DNA from: Macrostomum lignano
Lineage: Eukaryota
Reading direction: 5' to 3'
DNA length: 64,000 nt
Assembly (NCBI GenBank): GCA_002269645.1
Contig: NIVC01000327.1
Coordinates: 437,696-501,695, forward strand
Below, piece after piece: positions 34,061 through 46,300 of this stretch. The translations under genes were made by a program, and so were the position numbers. How positions within the stretch are numbered: the first letter of the stretch is position 1; every line of letters starts with the position of its first letter. The notes under the pieces are model-generated. The model saw nothing but the letters and a program-made list of their open reading frames with translations. It was not told the DNA's origin and ran no database searches.

Positions 34061-37000
34061 AAGTGACCCAAAGACGATCTCCATCGGCCGGAGCGATCTG
34101 CACATCGGCCGAGACGCAGTCTGCATCCGCCAGAGGCCATCTACGACTGTCCGAGCGACGATACCAGCTAAGCCCGCAATCACGTTTCGTAAACCGGTAT
34201 GAATCCCTCTGTGTGTGTCTTTTAGGGCTCTTGTCTGGCAGGTTAGCATTAGGTTTGCGTGATTTTAGTTTAGATTCTTTAGGTTGGGCATTAGGTCCTG
34301 CCAGACACTGTGTGCTTTTGCTTTTGTTCTTCTCTCGTTTTCCGCTTCTCTCTTCCGCTTCCGCTTCCGCTTCCGCCTTCTCTTCGTTGCCGAGCCGATC
34401 ATGAGTGACCGCGAGGACAGGGGTGCCACTGCTGGCTCTCCAAATCCAGCCGCTTCTGCTCAGGAAAGAAAGTTTGTGTCAAGCAACACTGCAGACTCAG
34501 AGCCACTTCTTGCTAGTACCATTGCTGCACTGCACCGGTTGTTAGAAAATCAATTCTCAAGAGAGTCCCGTTCTCAATCGTTCTACCAGAGTCAACAGAA
34601 GGAAACAGCTACAGGCATTAAGCTTCGGCCGCCACCGTTGTTCACTTGCACCACGAAGTTTGATGCCTGGGAAGCTCAGTTCAATGCCTACATTGAAGTT
34701 CATAGGGTTCCTCACTTTCAACAGACTTCAGTCCTGCTGTCCCTTCTGGCACCAGAATGCCAGGAGTACTTTCTAAATAACAATCTTACGGACCAGACCT
34801 GTGAAGAGGCACTGAAGTCTATGAGAGCGCGTTACACTGACTCTAACGTTAGGGAGAAAAGTTATATGGAACTAGTTGCCGCTCACCAGAACAGCACCGA
34901 ATCGATTGCCGAGTTTTACGATAGGTTAGCATCTTATGCCCGGTTAGCAGACCTCTCATCTACTGAAGCTGAACCTTTATTACGAGCGAGGCTGTGCCAT
35001 GGCATTCGGGATAAGGTGCTCGCAGAAAAACTCTTGCTTTGGAGCAGTGATGCAGGGGTGAGTGATGAGTCTAGTGGGGCAAACAAAGGCTAAGACTGTC
35101 CCGTCTGCCGAGTTGGTTAAGAAGGCCAAAGAGATCGTTGGTATTCAGCAACTTCTGCAACCCGCTCCAAACTCCTCTGCGAATATCCGTGTCCTTGAAA
35201 CCGAGAAGGCGTCTCTGGAGGCAAGAGTAGAAGAGCTAGAGAGACTCCTTCGACTCCAGAACCAGGCTGGAGTTTCCAAGCCTGTTGCTGTCAATCAACC
35301 ACAACCATCTAACAAGTCAATCCAAAATTCAAACCAACACAAGCCACATAACAAGCACAAGAATAAACAACCGCCAAATCACGGGGCAACTCAGCAATTT
35401 GGTACAGCGGTGTCCAGATCAAGGAAATGCTACAGGTGCGGTGGTGAGGACCATTTCATTGCCGACTGTCCCATCACACCATCACCTCCAATAGCTCACC
35501 AGACCGCTGCTAAGAGTCATCCTCCAAATAATCAGGCCCAGCATATGTCGGAGGTTGGTTCAATTGTTTCCTGGAAGGGGAACTTCGGGTTCATTCAATC
35601 AGAACAACTTCCCGACCAGCTCTTCTTTCACCGTGGTGAGCTGTCTGAATCCTTGAACCGTTCGGCTGACCAGCACCAACTCGTGGGCACAAGAGTCCAA
35701 TTCCATCGGAAAATTGACTCGGGCAAGAAGCGCGATCAGGCTTGTGGGGTAAGGCCAATTCCATCGATCAATCAGACACATTTAGGCCAAACTAGTTCCG
35801 ATGAGCCTGCGGTGGATTCCAGCTTCTTTGTCCAGTTGCGAATCGGGGACAACCAAGCCATGACTTGCCTTGACTCGGGGGCAAACGCCAGCGTGATGGG
35901 GAAGCAAGCCATGGAGAGACTGGTTGAAGCCGATCCGATCAACAACATCTTTTCGCCAGCGCACAAAGACGCAAAGGCAACGGCTTTCAACGGGTCCACC
36001 ACCCAGATTCTAGGCTCTTTGCGCTGCAAAGTAGAACTAGGCAAGATTAAAAAGCATCACGTTTTCCTTGTGACCGAAGAATCCACTGCTGAATCGCTCT
36101 TAGGTATTGATTTCCTCCGTGGTTTCCAGGTGCTGCTGGATTTCACCTGTGGCCAGGTACTCGTGGCCGGTGGAGCAGTGCCTGTGATCGAGGGCGATAA
36201 GGGGTGTTTCGCATACGCCGTGTATTGGCTGCTTGTACCTCTGAGCTACCACCTCACTCGGAAACCCTAGTGCCGAGTCGAGTGATTGACACTGTGCCAA
36301 ACCTGAGTGGCACAGTCTCCTCTAAACTTTTCAATACAGACTCAGAATTTTTTGTAGCTAGGTCAGTGGATAGAGTCAGCCCGACGAATCACGTGTTAGT
36401 CCGATTGCTAAATAGTAGCGATCAACCAGCTAGGATTGAGCGTGACCAAGAGATTGCATCTTTTCAAGAGCTAGGTCATGGAGAAGTTGTAGTACCAACT
36501 GCTTTGTCTGAGAAGGATTTTTCCATAGACAACTGCAATCTCCTCAACAGTAAGCTTTCAAGATTACCACCACCAGAAAAAGGTACAGCAGAATGGCTTG
36601 TGAAACAGTTCCGACTCGACCAGTCCAGTCTGACTCCAAATCAATTATCCCTAACATTGCGCATGCTTAATTACTTTTTAAGCTAGATCTCACAGGATGA
36701 TAGTGATCTCGGTCGCACAAAGCTACATGAAATGTCAATCGATCTGATTGAGAAGGACAGTCGTTCAGAACTTAATGAAAATTTAAGTTTGATAACAGTT
36801 GAACAAATGTCAATAATTATTTTAGTAACAAAAATAGTAATAATATTGTTTTTATTTGTTATAAAAAACTTATTACCATGTTTCCTTAGGTAATAAATTA
36901 TATAAATGAGGAAGGCTCGCTGAAATGTTCACGTATATTCTATTTTAAATTCACGCCAAATCACGCTTGAATACGAAGTTTGTTTAAATGGGATGTTTTG

Positions 37001-37555
37001 TTTAAATGGTAGATTTCTATATGGGAAAGTATATTTTGTTTAAACTGATAAAAAGAATTTTGTTATACACCGACCCGCGCACCCATCCTCCCCTTGCTAT
37101 CCTATAAATACAAGCGATTTCGGGCAGTTTTTCCTTTGCCCGCCGTTTCTCCGATTCGGTCTTAAGAAGCAATTCGTGTTGGCTCAGTTCACTTGGAAAG
37201 CAGAAAGGAGAGAAAAACTGTAAGAAGCCAAGAGAGAAAGGCTGAAAGAAGCCAGAAGGAAGGGCTGTAAGAAGCCAGAAGAATAAGCTGTGAGAAGCCA
37301 GTAAGAAAGGAGCAAACAAACGGTCGCTTAGTTGGGCAACTCCATCCCAGGGTAGCCGCTCTATGACTGGAAATTAGAAGTAGAAATTAGACAGTATTTA
37401 ATGAATTAGATCAGTGTTTGCCGCTCGACACTGCTACCAGGGCTACTTGCATAATTTCAAGGAGTCCTTAGACTAAGATTCCGTATTTAGTGTTTTTCCT
37501 AGAAATAATAAATGATTGAAGTAGTATACTAGAGTGATAGATATTCTAAATTTAC

Positions 37556-37692
37556 CACAACTTGGTAACAGCAGTGGGATTTTAACAGACAGAAATATCC
37601 CCTACAACAACTTGGTGGCACGGTGAGACATTATTAGTAAGGACAGGAGTTTCCCCTAGAACAACTTGGTGGCAGCGGAAAGGGATTGGAAT
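37556..37692 (+). promoter_or_regulatory. Three tandem tRNA-Leu PBS-like motifs
   Basis: ACAACT+TGG... at 37563, 37613 and 37667, similar to TGGTGGCAGCGGTGGGATT. Confidence 0.6.
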
Positions 37693-37714
37693 CCGACTAA
37701 GGCGACCGCTAAAG

Positions 37715-37857
37715 ACAGCGAATAACGTGAGAGTACAGCGAATAACGTGAGAGTACAGCGAATAACGTGAGAGTACAGCGAATAACGTGAGAGTACAGCG
37801 AATAACGTGAGAGTACAGCGAATAACGTGAGAGTACAGCGAATAACGTGAGAGTACA
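37715..37857. repeat. 20-bp perfect tandem repeat x7 (acagcgaataacgtgagagt)
   Basis: Direct repeat just after the PBS cluster. Confidence 0.95.
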
Positions 37858-37924
37858 AATGGCAGCACTTAATTATTAGCAGGAACAGGCTAGAATTAGG
37901 CCTATGAGGCATGTAAAGATCCAA

Positions 37925-38035
37925 AAGTACGGTTTTATTTGATTGTTAATTTAGGCCTTAAAAATCCAATGGAAGATTGCGTCTAATCCAAAGAGAACTG
38001 TACAGTCTCCCCCCGAAGGGGGGCAAATTCTCTAG
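37925..38035 (+). mobile_element. Helitron 3' terminus (family X)
   Basis: CCCCCC-GAA-GGGGGG hairpin 38009-38023, then CTAG 38032-38035; same ~110 bp recurs at 40195-40303. Confidence 0.85.
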
Positions 38036-40303
38036 TCTTATATACTAAATCTGAAAATGTTTGTAACTTTGTTTATAAGTTTCGCATCTCCTCTTGAACC
38101 ACTTGGTAGATTTTCGTCAAATTTGTTTCATTCGATGTGGAATTCTACTGGGACCATGTGGTCTAATTTTCATTTTGATGTCGTAGTGTGAAGCCTCTCA
38201 AATTGGAGAAATACTGTATTTCACCTATCTAATTAGTGTATTTTTCTCGCAGTCAGAGTTAAATTTTCAATTTTATATCTATGGTGGTCCGTGAAGTTGA
38301 CTACGCGGCCGCAGCATCAGCAGCAGCAGCAGCGGCGGCTCGAGTCTAAATAAAGTCTTTCAATATATAAAGCTAATTATATAGTGTATTTTTCTCGCAT
38401 TGATTTTATAACCTTGAAGTTCTTTAAGGTGAGTTCAACCGGTGAGTTCAACCAGTGAGTCTGTTCAACTTCGATTCATTCGTATTCGTGCTGGATTGGA
38501 GTGATTTGTCTGATCTTCTGTTTGTTTGTTTGTCGGCCTGAACCGGTCGACCTGTCTGATCTTCTGTTTGTTGTTCGATTATTTGTCGGCCTGAACCGGT
38601 CGACCGGTCTCAACAATTTCATGTGAATGTGTCTCTTAGTTTTTGATACCTGGGCGCGGGTGTGCTGTCGCTCATGCCGAAGAGGAAGCGAAAGAGTGAG
38701 TTAGTAAATAGTCGGGAAGCAAAATTGCGTCGTCGGCAGGAAACAGCGGAGGAGCGTAATTCGCGGCATGAGAAACAACTAGAGTATAGTCGGAAGCGTA
38801 TACAGAACGAATCCATAAGTGCACGGTCTGACAGGTTAGATGCCGCGCGTGTTCGCGCGGCTGAAAGGCGAGCTAATGAGTCAGACGCAGGGCGTGTCTC
38901 TCGATTGAACGCCGCACGTGCCCACGACGCCGATATGCGAGCTACTGAGACAGACGCAGCACGCGCCTCAAGATTGGATGCTGCGCGTGGTCCGTTCAAA
39001 GCGCTCTCCGAACTACCAAGAATTGGAGTGAATGGGTAAGTCCATCCTCAAAATGTAGAATAAACAGGAAGATATATATACTTCACACATTTTCATTCTT
39101 CATATTTTCAGTTTTGTTGATGTTCTCGGTGTCATTGTCAAAGTGGAACAACCCGTTGACGTCAACACGCGTTCCGGAAAGTTGGTGCAGCTCGCAAAAG
39201 TCTGCATCGTAGACAAATCTGGTTTTCAGACTTTTTGCAACTTCTGGGACGCCTCTGCTACCCAGGTACATTTGTGGAGACCAGGAGACGTAGTCGCCAT
39301 TAGAAAAGCCAAGATTCAAGAGTACGCCGGCTCGCTTTGTCTTGGTTGCTCATCATCAACTATTTCGTATTCGCCTGTTCACGACACTGCTCAAGATCTG
39401 AAAACCTGGTACGAAGAGTCCGAGAGCAGCACCCAATTTCTACCGCTAGCTAATAGCTCAACTATGGACATTACTGACACCGCAGCTGACGACGTGCTTG
39501 CATTTGAATTCCCAGCGTCGATGCAGCCGCATATCGACCGGATGCGTCGAGTTGTTATCCGCTGTGGAGCGCAACGGGTACTTATATATACATATGTATA
39601 TTAACGGGTATGATTTGACTTTTTAATACGCTCGTAGTTTGTACTTGAAGAACACATTAATACACTTTCCATTTTAGTACGTTGGCCTGTTGAACATTTG
39701 TAACGAATTCCTATGAAAGATGGAAAGCTTACGGGAAACTCCCTGAAAAATACGGGAATCTGCTACAACCCCAAGTAACCGAGGATATTTTATGGTTAAA
39801 TAATTATTTAGGATATGCTGCAAGTAATTTTAGGTTGCTGTTTAAGTTAATCGTTGTCGATTACGTTAAGATTCAATGCTGCTGAAAATTTCAATTTGCT
39901 AGATCAAACTTTTGTTCTCAAACTTTCAAGCAAATTAACTACTACTTAAATTTGTTCCAGAATTTTTAATCGAATAAAACTAAACTAACCTAACTAACTA
40001 AACTATACTAACTAACTAAATTCACCCACAAAAATACAATTGTAACCTTATGCCACATGCTAAAAGTAATAATTAAAAGCGAGTCTCTGAAATAAAAAGT
40101 GATAAGTTTGCCCGCAATAACTTCAACATGTCCATGGTCGGATGCTTTTCTTACTTGTTCTGTATATCAGCATACTTTTGAGTACAAAATGGACGTCGGT
40201 TTTATTTGATTGTTAATTTAGGCCTTAAAAATCCAATGGAAGATTGCGTCTAATCCAAAGAGAACTGTACAGTCTCCCCCCGAAGGGAGGGCAAATTCTC
40301 TAG
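38036..40303 (+). mobile_element. Helitron deletion derivative X carrying RepHel N-terminus plus RPA-like OB fold
   Basis: 5' TCTTATATACTAAATC; 3' hairpin plus CTAG at 40300-40303. Confidence 0.85.
38674..39577 (+). CDS. Spliced Helitron ORF: charged E-T-x-E/R-x-x-RL repeats + RPA70-like OB fold + start of Zn-finger region (exons 38674-39035, 39112-39577)
   Basis: 76-nt GTAAGT...TTTCAG intron (phase 2) gives G-FVDVLGVIVKVE...IVDKSG...NFWD...VAIRKAKIQEYAG.SL...STI..P...LKTWY; ends HIDRMRRVVIRCGAQR. Confidence 0.75.
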
Positions 40304-43300
40304 TCCTATATACTAAATCTCTAATCTATGTCTGTATGTCTGTCTGTCCGTGTAAAACGCTCTACAGATTGCAATTCATGACCAATTTCGATCGCGTTTT
40401 CGCCAAAACATTGCAAATCAGCCAAGGATTGTATGGTTAAAATTTCTTTTATCTGCTTCAATGCTAAAGGTCTTAAATATTAAAAAGACTGTATTTTTCC
40501 TATCTAATTAGTGTATTTTCTCGCAGTGAGAGCTCGAAAAATAATAATACGTCTATGGCCATAGACTAAACTTTCTTTTCTTGAGCTGATGCTGCGAGCT
40601 GTAAATAATTAAATTATTCGCAAGCTTCAGAGTATGCACGAGGGAGATAAAAATATATTAAATTAATTTTCTTTTATTTTTAGCTTGTGCCTGGACTAAT
40701 CGAACATTTTTTTATTAAAAGCAACTATTTTTTATTAATTAGTAATAATTAGCTTCGACTATCAGTTATCCCATCAATTGTTATTGCTAGGTCTAAGAAA
40801 TCGCTAAAATGCAGACGATGGGGTCGTACTATAAAGCTGTCGTAGCGTAAGTTCGATCGTACGTCAGAACTTTTGCACTGCGAAGATAGGAGCTAAGATC
40901 GATCTTATTTTACGATGGCTTTATAGAGCTGGCCCGATGTTGTTAAAGTGCCTGAAAGTATTGCTAAAAGCTGAGTTGTGCAAAAAATTGCAAAGTTGAA
41001 AAACGAAAAACTGCTGAGGTAGTTCCTCCAGACTTATGAGTGTATAGCTGCAAACTTCCGATGGGATAACTATCTACAGAGTTTTAGCGGATAATAACTG
41101 TGAATGATTAAGTGCAAGATTTTGAGGGGATAACTGCAGGCTGCTGAGTGAATTATTGTACTTTGCTGATGTTAATGAATGTCAAGGCTTACTGGGGGGA
41201 ATTGCTGAAATGTCAAGGCTTACAGGGGGGAATTGCTGAGATGTCAAGGCTTACTGGGGGAATTGCTGAGATGTCAAGGCTTACTGGGTGTATTGCTGAG
41301 ATGTGAATTATTGTAGTTTGCTGACATTAATGAAAGTTGTAGACGGAAAAGTGGATAACTGCAGGCTGTTAATAGTATGACTGCAGTCTGTTTTGCGGGA
41401 TTAGAAGGAAATTTCAAGAATTATTGAATTACTGTAGACAAGCAATAACAGGCATAGGCTAAGCAGATGGTAGGCAGTTCGAGTCTGCATTGAAGCAGCA
41501 AATTTATCTGGCTTACTGGGGGGAATTGCTGAGATGTCAAGGCTTACTTGGGGGGAATTGCTGAGATGTCAAGGCTTACTGGGGGTATTGCTGAGATGTC
41601 AAGGCTTACTGGGGGGAATTGCTGAGATGTCAAGGCTTACTTTACTGGACTGGGAGAATTGCGTAGATGCCAAGGCTCGAGTTTAATTGCTGCGATGTCA
41701 AGGCTGACTGGGGGAATTTCTGAGATGTCAAGGCTTAATGGGCTGGGAGAATTGCGTAGATGCCAAGGCTCGACTTCGCGTTGCTGCGATATCAAGGCTT
41801 ACTGGGGGGAATTGCTGAGATGTCAAGGCTTACTGGGGGGGAATTGCTGAGATGTCAAGGCTTACTGGGGGAATTGCTGAGATGTCAAGGCTTACTGGGT
41901 GTATTGCTGAGATGTGAATTATTGTAGTTTGCTGACATTAATGAAAGTTGTAGACGGCAAAGTGGATAACTGCAGGCTGTTAATAGTATGACTGCAGTCT
42001 GTTTTGTGGGATTAGAAGGAAATTTCAAGAATTACTGAATTACTGTAGACAAGCAATAACAGGCATAGGCTAAGCAGATGGTAGGCAGTTCGAGTCTGCA
42101 TTGAAGCAGCAAATTTATCTGGCTTACTGGGGGGATTCCCAGCCCATTAACTGGGGGGCTTAATGGGCTGGGAGAATTACGTAGATGCCAAGGCTCGACT
42201 TCGCGTTGCTGCGATGTCAAGGCTTACTGGGGGAATTGCTGCGATGTCAAGGCTTACTGGGGAAATAGCTGAGATGTCATCAAGGCTTATGGCATATTGA
42301 GCTCCTGCTGCGGACCAGAATATGCCCAGGCCAATGACGATATGCACTAAGAGTTTGTGCTTGAAAGGATAAGTACTATTTGCTAAATGAGAAAGGGTTT
42401 TTTGGCTGACGAAGGAAACTTTGGCTGGTGAAGGTTTTGATTCATGGCAACTGGGGGAATTGCTGAGATTTCAAGGCTTACTTAGGGGAATTGCTGAGAT
42501 GTCAAGGCTTACTGGGGGTATTGCTGAGATGTCAAGGCTTACTGGGGGAATTTCTGAGATGTCAAGGCTTAATGGGGTAATTGCTGCGATGTCAAGGCTT
42601 ACTGGGCTGGGAGAATTGTGTAGATGCCAAGGCTCGACTTCGCGTTGCTGCGATGTCAAGGCTTATTGGGGGAATTGCTGCGATATCAAGGCTTACTGGG
42701 GGAATTGCTGCGATGTCAAGGCTTACTGGGGAAATAGCTGAGATGTCATCAAGGCTTATGGCATATTGAGCTCCTGCTGCGGACCAGAATATGCCCAGGC
42801 CAATGACGATATGCCCTAAGAGTTTGTGCTTGAAAGGATAAGTACTATTTGCTAAATGAGAAAGGGTTTTTTGGCTGACGAAGGAAACTTTGGCTGGTGA
42901 AGGTTTTGATTCATGGCAATTTATTTTTGCCAAAAATGAGAAAAAGTAAGTTTTGATTAAATAAGTAAGGATTAAGGATAAGTAAGGATAAGGATTTTTA
43001 ATAATAAGTAAGGTTATTACTCCTTGGCCAAAATAAAAACCACTTGGCGTCATTCTTGCTGCAGAACTGCAGATTGTCAAAGAGATCGTTCATTAATCAT
43101 ATAGATCTTCCAGACTTAAGAGCGTATAGCTGCAAACTATTGAGTAGATAATTATCTACAGAGTTTTGAGTGGATTGTTGAGTTGATTCCTGCGGACTGC
43201 TAAGTTTGCTGAGAAGACAACTCTAGGCCACTGAGTGGATAATTGTTTAATCTGCAGGCTGCTAAGAGTTTGACTGCAGTTTGTTTGCGGGATTAGAAGG

Positions 43301-46300
43301 GATAGCTTTTCAGATTGTTGTGGCGATAACTACCAATTTCTGGGGGAAGGGTTAACTTCAAACTGCTGAAGTTACTAAACTTCTTGAATAGTATAAGGCT
43401 TTTAGTAGAAGGTCGGCAGTTCGAGCGGCATTGCTAATCTGCTGTAAGTGTTCATTTGCAGAGGGTACATGTATTAGTAATCTGAGAGAGCAGTGCTAAT
43501 CTGACGCATACAATAAAGTATTAAAAATTTAGGAGGATTGCAAATCAAATTTAAACTGCAAGTTGTATACATTTCAAATGGTTTCGATTATTGCGATGCA
43601 TATGGCGATTAGTGGCCCTGATTGTGCAAAACAGTGCTGGTGAGCCATTGCTAAACTGGTGGTGAACCATTGCTAACTGCTGGTGAACAAATAGCTAAAC
43701 TGCTGGTGACGATGCATTGCTAAACTGCTGGTGAAGCATCTGAGATGTCAAGGCATACTGGGGGGGGGGAATTGCTGAGATGTCAAGGCTCACTGGGGGG
43801 GGGATTTCTGAGTTGTCAAGGCTTACTGGGGGAATTGCTGAGATTTCAAGGCTTACTAAGGGAATCTCTGAGATGTCAAAGCTTACTGGGGGAATTGCTG
43901 AGATGTCAAAGCTTACTGGGGGAATTGCTGAGATGTCAAGGCTTACTAAAGGAATTTCTGAGATATCAAGGCTTACTAAAGGAATTTCTGAGATATCAAG
44001 GCTTACTAAAGGAATTTCTGAGATATCAAGGCTTACTAAAGGAATTTCTGAGATATCAAGGCTTACTAAAGGAATTTCTGAGATATCAAGGCTTACTGGG
44101 GAAATTGATGAGATGTCATCAAGGCTTATGGCATATTGAGCTCCTGCTGTGGACCAGAATATGCCCAGGCCAATGACGATATGCACTAAGAGTTTGTGCT
44201 TGAAAGGATAAGTACTATTTGCTGAATGAGAAAGGCTTTTGGGCTGATGAAGGAAACTTTGGCTGGTGAAGGTTTTGATTCATGGCAACTGGGGGAATTG
44301 CTGAGATGTCAAGGCTTACTGGGGTAATTGCTGCAATCTCGAGGCTTACTGAACTGGGAGAATTGCGTAGATGCCAAGGCTCGAGTTTAATTGCTGCGAT
44401 GTCAAGGCTTATTTGGGGGAATTGCTGAGATGTCAAGGCTTACTGGGGGAATCACTGAGATGTCAAGGCTTACTGGGGGTAAGGTTATTACTCATTGGCC
44501 AAAATAAAAACCACTTGGCGTCATTCTTGCGCCCCCCAACGGGGGGCTTAAATTGCTAGTCTTCTTATATACTAAATCTCTAATCTATGTCTGTCTGTCT
44601 GTCCGTGTAAAACGCTCTACACATTGCAATTCTTGACCAATTTCGATCGCGTTTTCACCAAAAAGTTGCAACTCAACCAAGGATTGTATGGTTAACATTT
44701 CTTTTATCTGCTTCAATTCTAAAGGTCTTAAATATTCAAAAAACTGTATTTTCCCTATCTAATTAGTGTATTTTTGTCGCAGCTCGAAAAATAATAATAC
44801 GTCTATGGCCATAGACTAAACTTTAACTTCTTGAGCTGATGCTACGAGCTATAAATAATTAAATTATTCGCAAGCTTCAGAGTATGCACGTGGGAGATAA
44901 AAATATATTAAATTAATTTTCATTTATTTGTAGCCTGTGCCTGGACTAATCGAACATTTTTTGATTAAAAGCAACTACTAGCAATTTAAGCCCCCCGTTG
45001 GGGGACGCAAGAATGACGCCAAGTGGTTTTTATTTTGGCCAATGAGTAATAACCTTACTTATTATTCAAAATCCATTAATCAAAACTTACTTTTTCTCAT
45101 TTTTGGCAAAAATAAATTGCCATGAATCAAAACCTTCACCAGCCAAAGGCTAACTGGGAGGAATTGCTGAGATGTCAAGGCTTACTGGGGGAATTACTGA
45201 GATGTCAAGGCTTACTGAGGAAATTACTGAGATGTGAAGGCTTACTTGGGGGAATTGCTGCGATGTCGAGGCTTACTGGGGAAATTTCTGAGACTTCAAG
45301 GCTTACTGGGGGAATTTCTGAGATTTGAAGGCTTACTCAGGAAATTGCTGAGATTTCAAGGCTTTCTTGGATGAATTGCTGAGTTGTCAAGGCTTACTAG
45401 GGGAATTGCTGAGATGTGAAGGCTTACTTGGGGGAATTGCTGAGTTGTCAAGGCCTACTGGGGGAATTGCTGAGTTGTCAAGGCCTACTGGGGGAATTGC
45501 TGAGTTGTCAAGGCCTACTGGGAGAATTGCTGAGACTTCAAGGCTTACTGGGGGAATTGCTGAGTTGTCAAGGCTTACTGGGGGAATTGCTGAGACTTCA
45601 AGGCTTACTGGGGGAATTTCTGAGATTTCAAGGTTTACTGGGGGAATTGCTGAGTTGTCAAGGCCTACTGGGGGAATTGTGAGAAGTCAAGACTTACTGG
45701 AGGAATTACTGAGATTCGAGACTTACTGGGGAATTACTGAGACTTCAAGGCTTACTGGGGGAATTGCTGAGATTTCAAGGCTTTCTTGGATGAATTGCTG
45801 AGATGTCAAGGCTTACTGGGGAAATTGCTTAGACTTCAAGACTTACTGGAAGAATAACTGAGATTCGAGACTTACTGGGGAGTTACTGAGATTTCAAGGC
45901 TTACTGGGGGGAATTGCTGAGATGTCAAGGCTTACTGGGGGAATTGCTGAATTGTCAAGGTTTACTGGGGGGAATTGCTGAAATGTCAAGGCTTACTGAG
46001 AGGAATTGCTGAGATGTCAAGGCTTACTGGGGAAATTATTGAGATTTTATCAAGGCTTATGGCATATTGAGCTCCTGCTGCGGACCAGAATATGCCCAGG
46101 CCAATGACGATATGCCCTAAGAGTTTGTGCTTGAAAGGATAAGTACTATTTGCTGAATGAGAAAGGGTTTTGGGCTGATGAAGGAAACTTTGGCTGGTGA
46201 AGGTTTTGATTCATGGCAATTTATTTTTGCCAAAAATTTGAAAAAGTAAGTTTTGATTGGATTTTGAATAATAAGTAAGGTTATTACTCATTGGCCAAAA

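Larger units (their letters stand above)
33069..36765 (+). mobile_element. Ty3/Gypsy retrotransposon 2 (5' LTR, PBS, gag with cold-shock domain, protease; 3'-truncated at start of RT)
   Basis: LTR TGTGAC(33069)...GTCACA(33691); PBS at 33698; Gag from ATG 34401; CCHC 35428-35469; CSD 35554-35760; LDSGA protease at 35872; SQDDSDLGRT pre-RT motif; frameshifts near 35085 and 36220, stop at 36684. Confidence 0.9.

Noticed and set aside
35062-35095. Programmed ribosomal frameshift in Gypsy 2
   Set aside because: It falls mid-Gag rather than at gag/pol, no clear slippery heptamer, and it is compensated downstream; more likely an indel
37715-37857. CRISPR-like array
   Set aside because: Contiguous repeats without spacers, eukaryotic context, no cas genes
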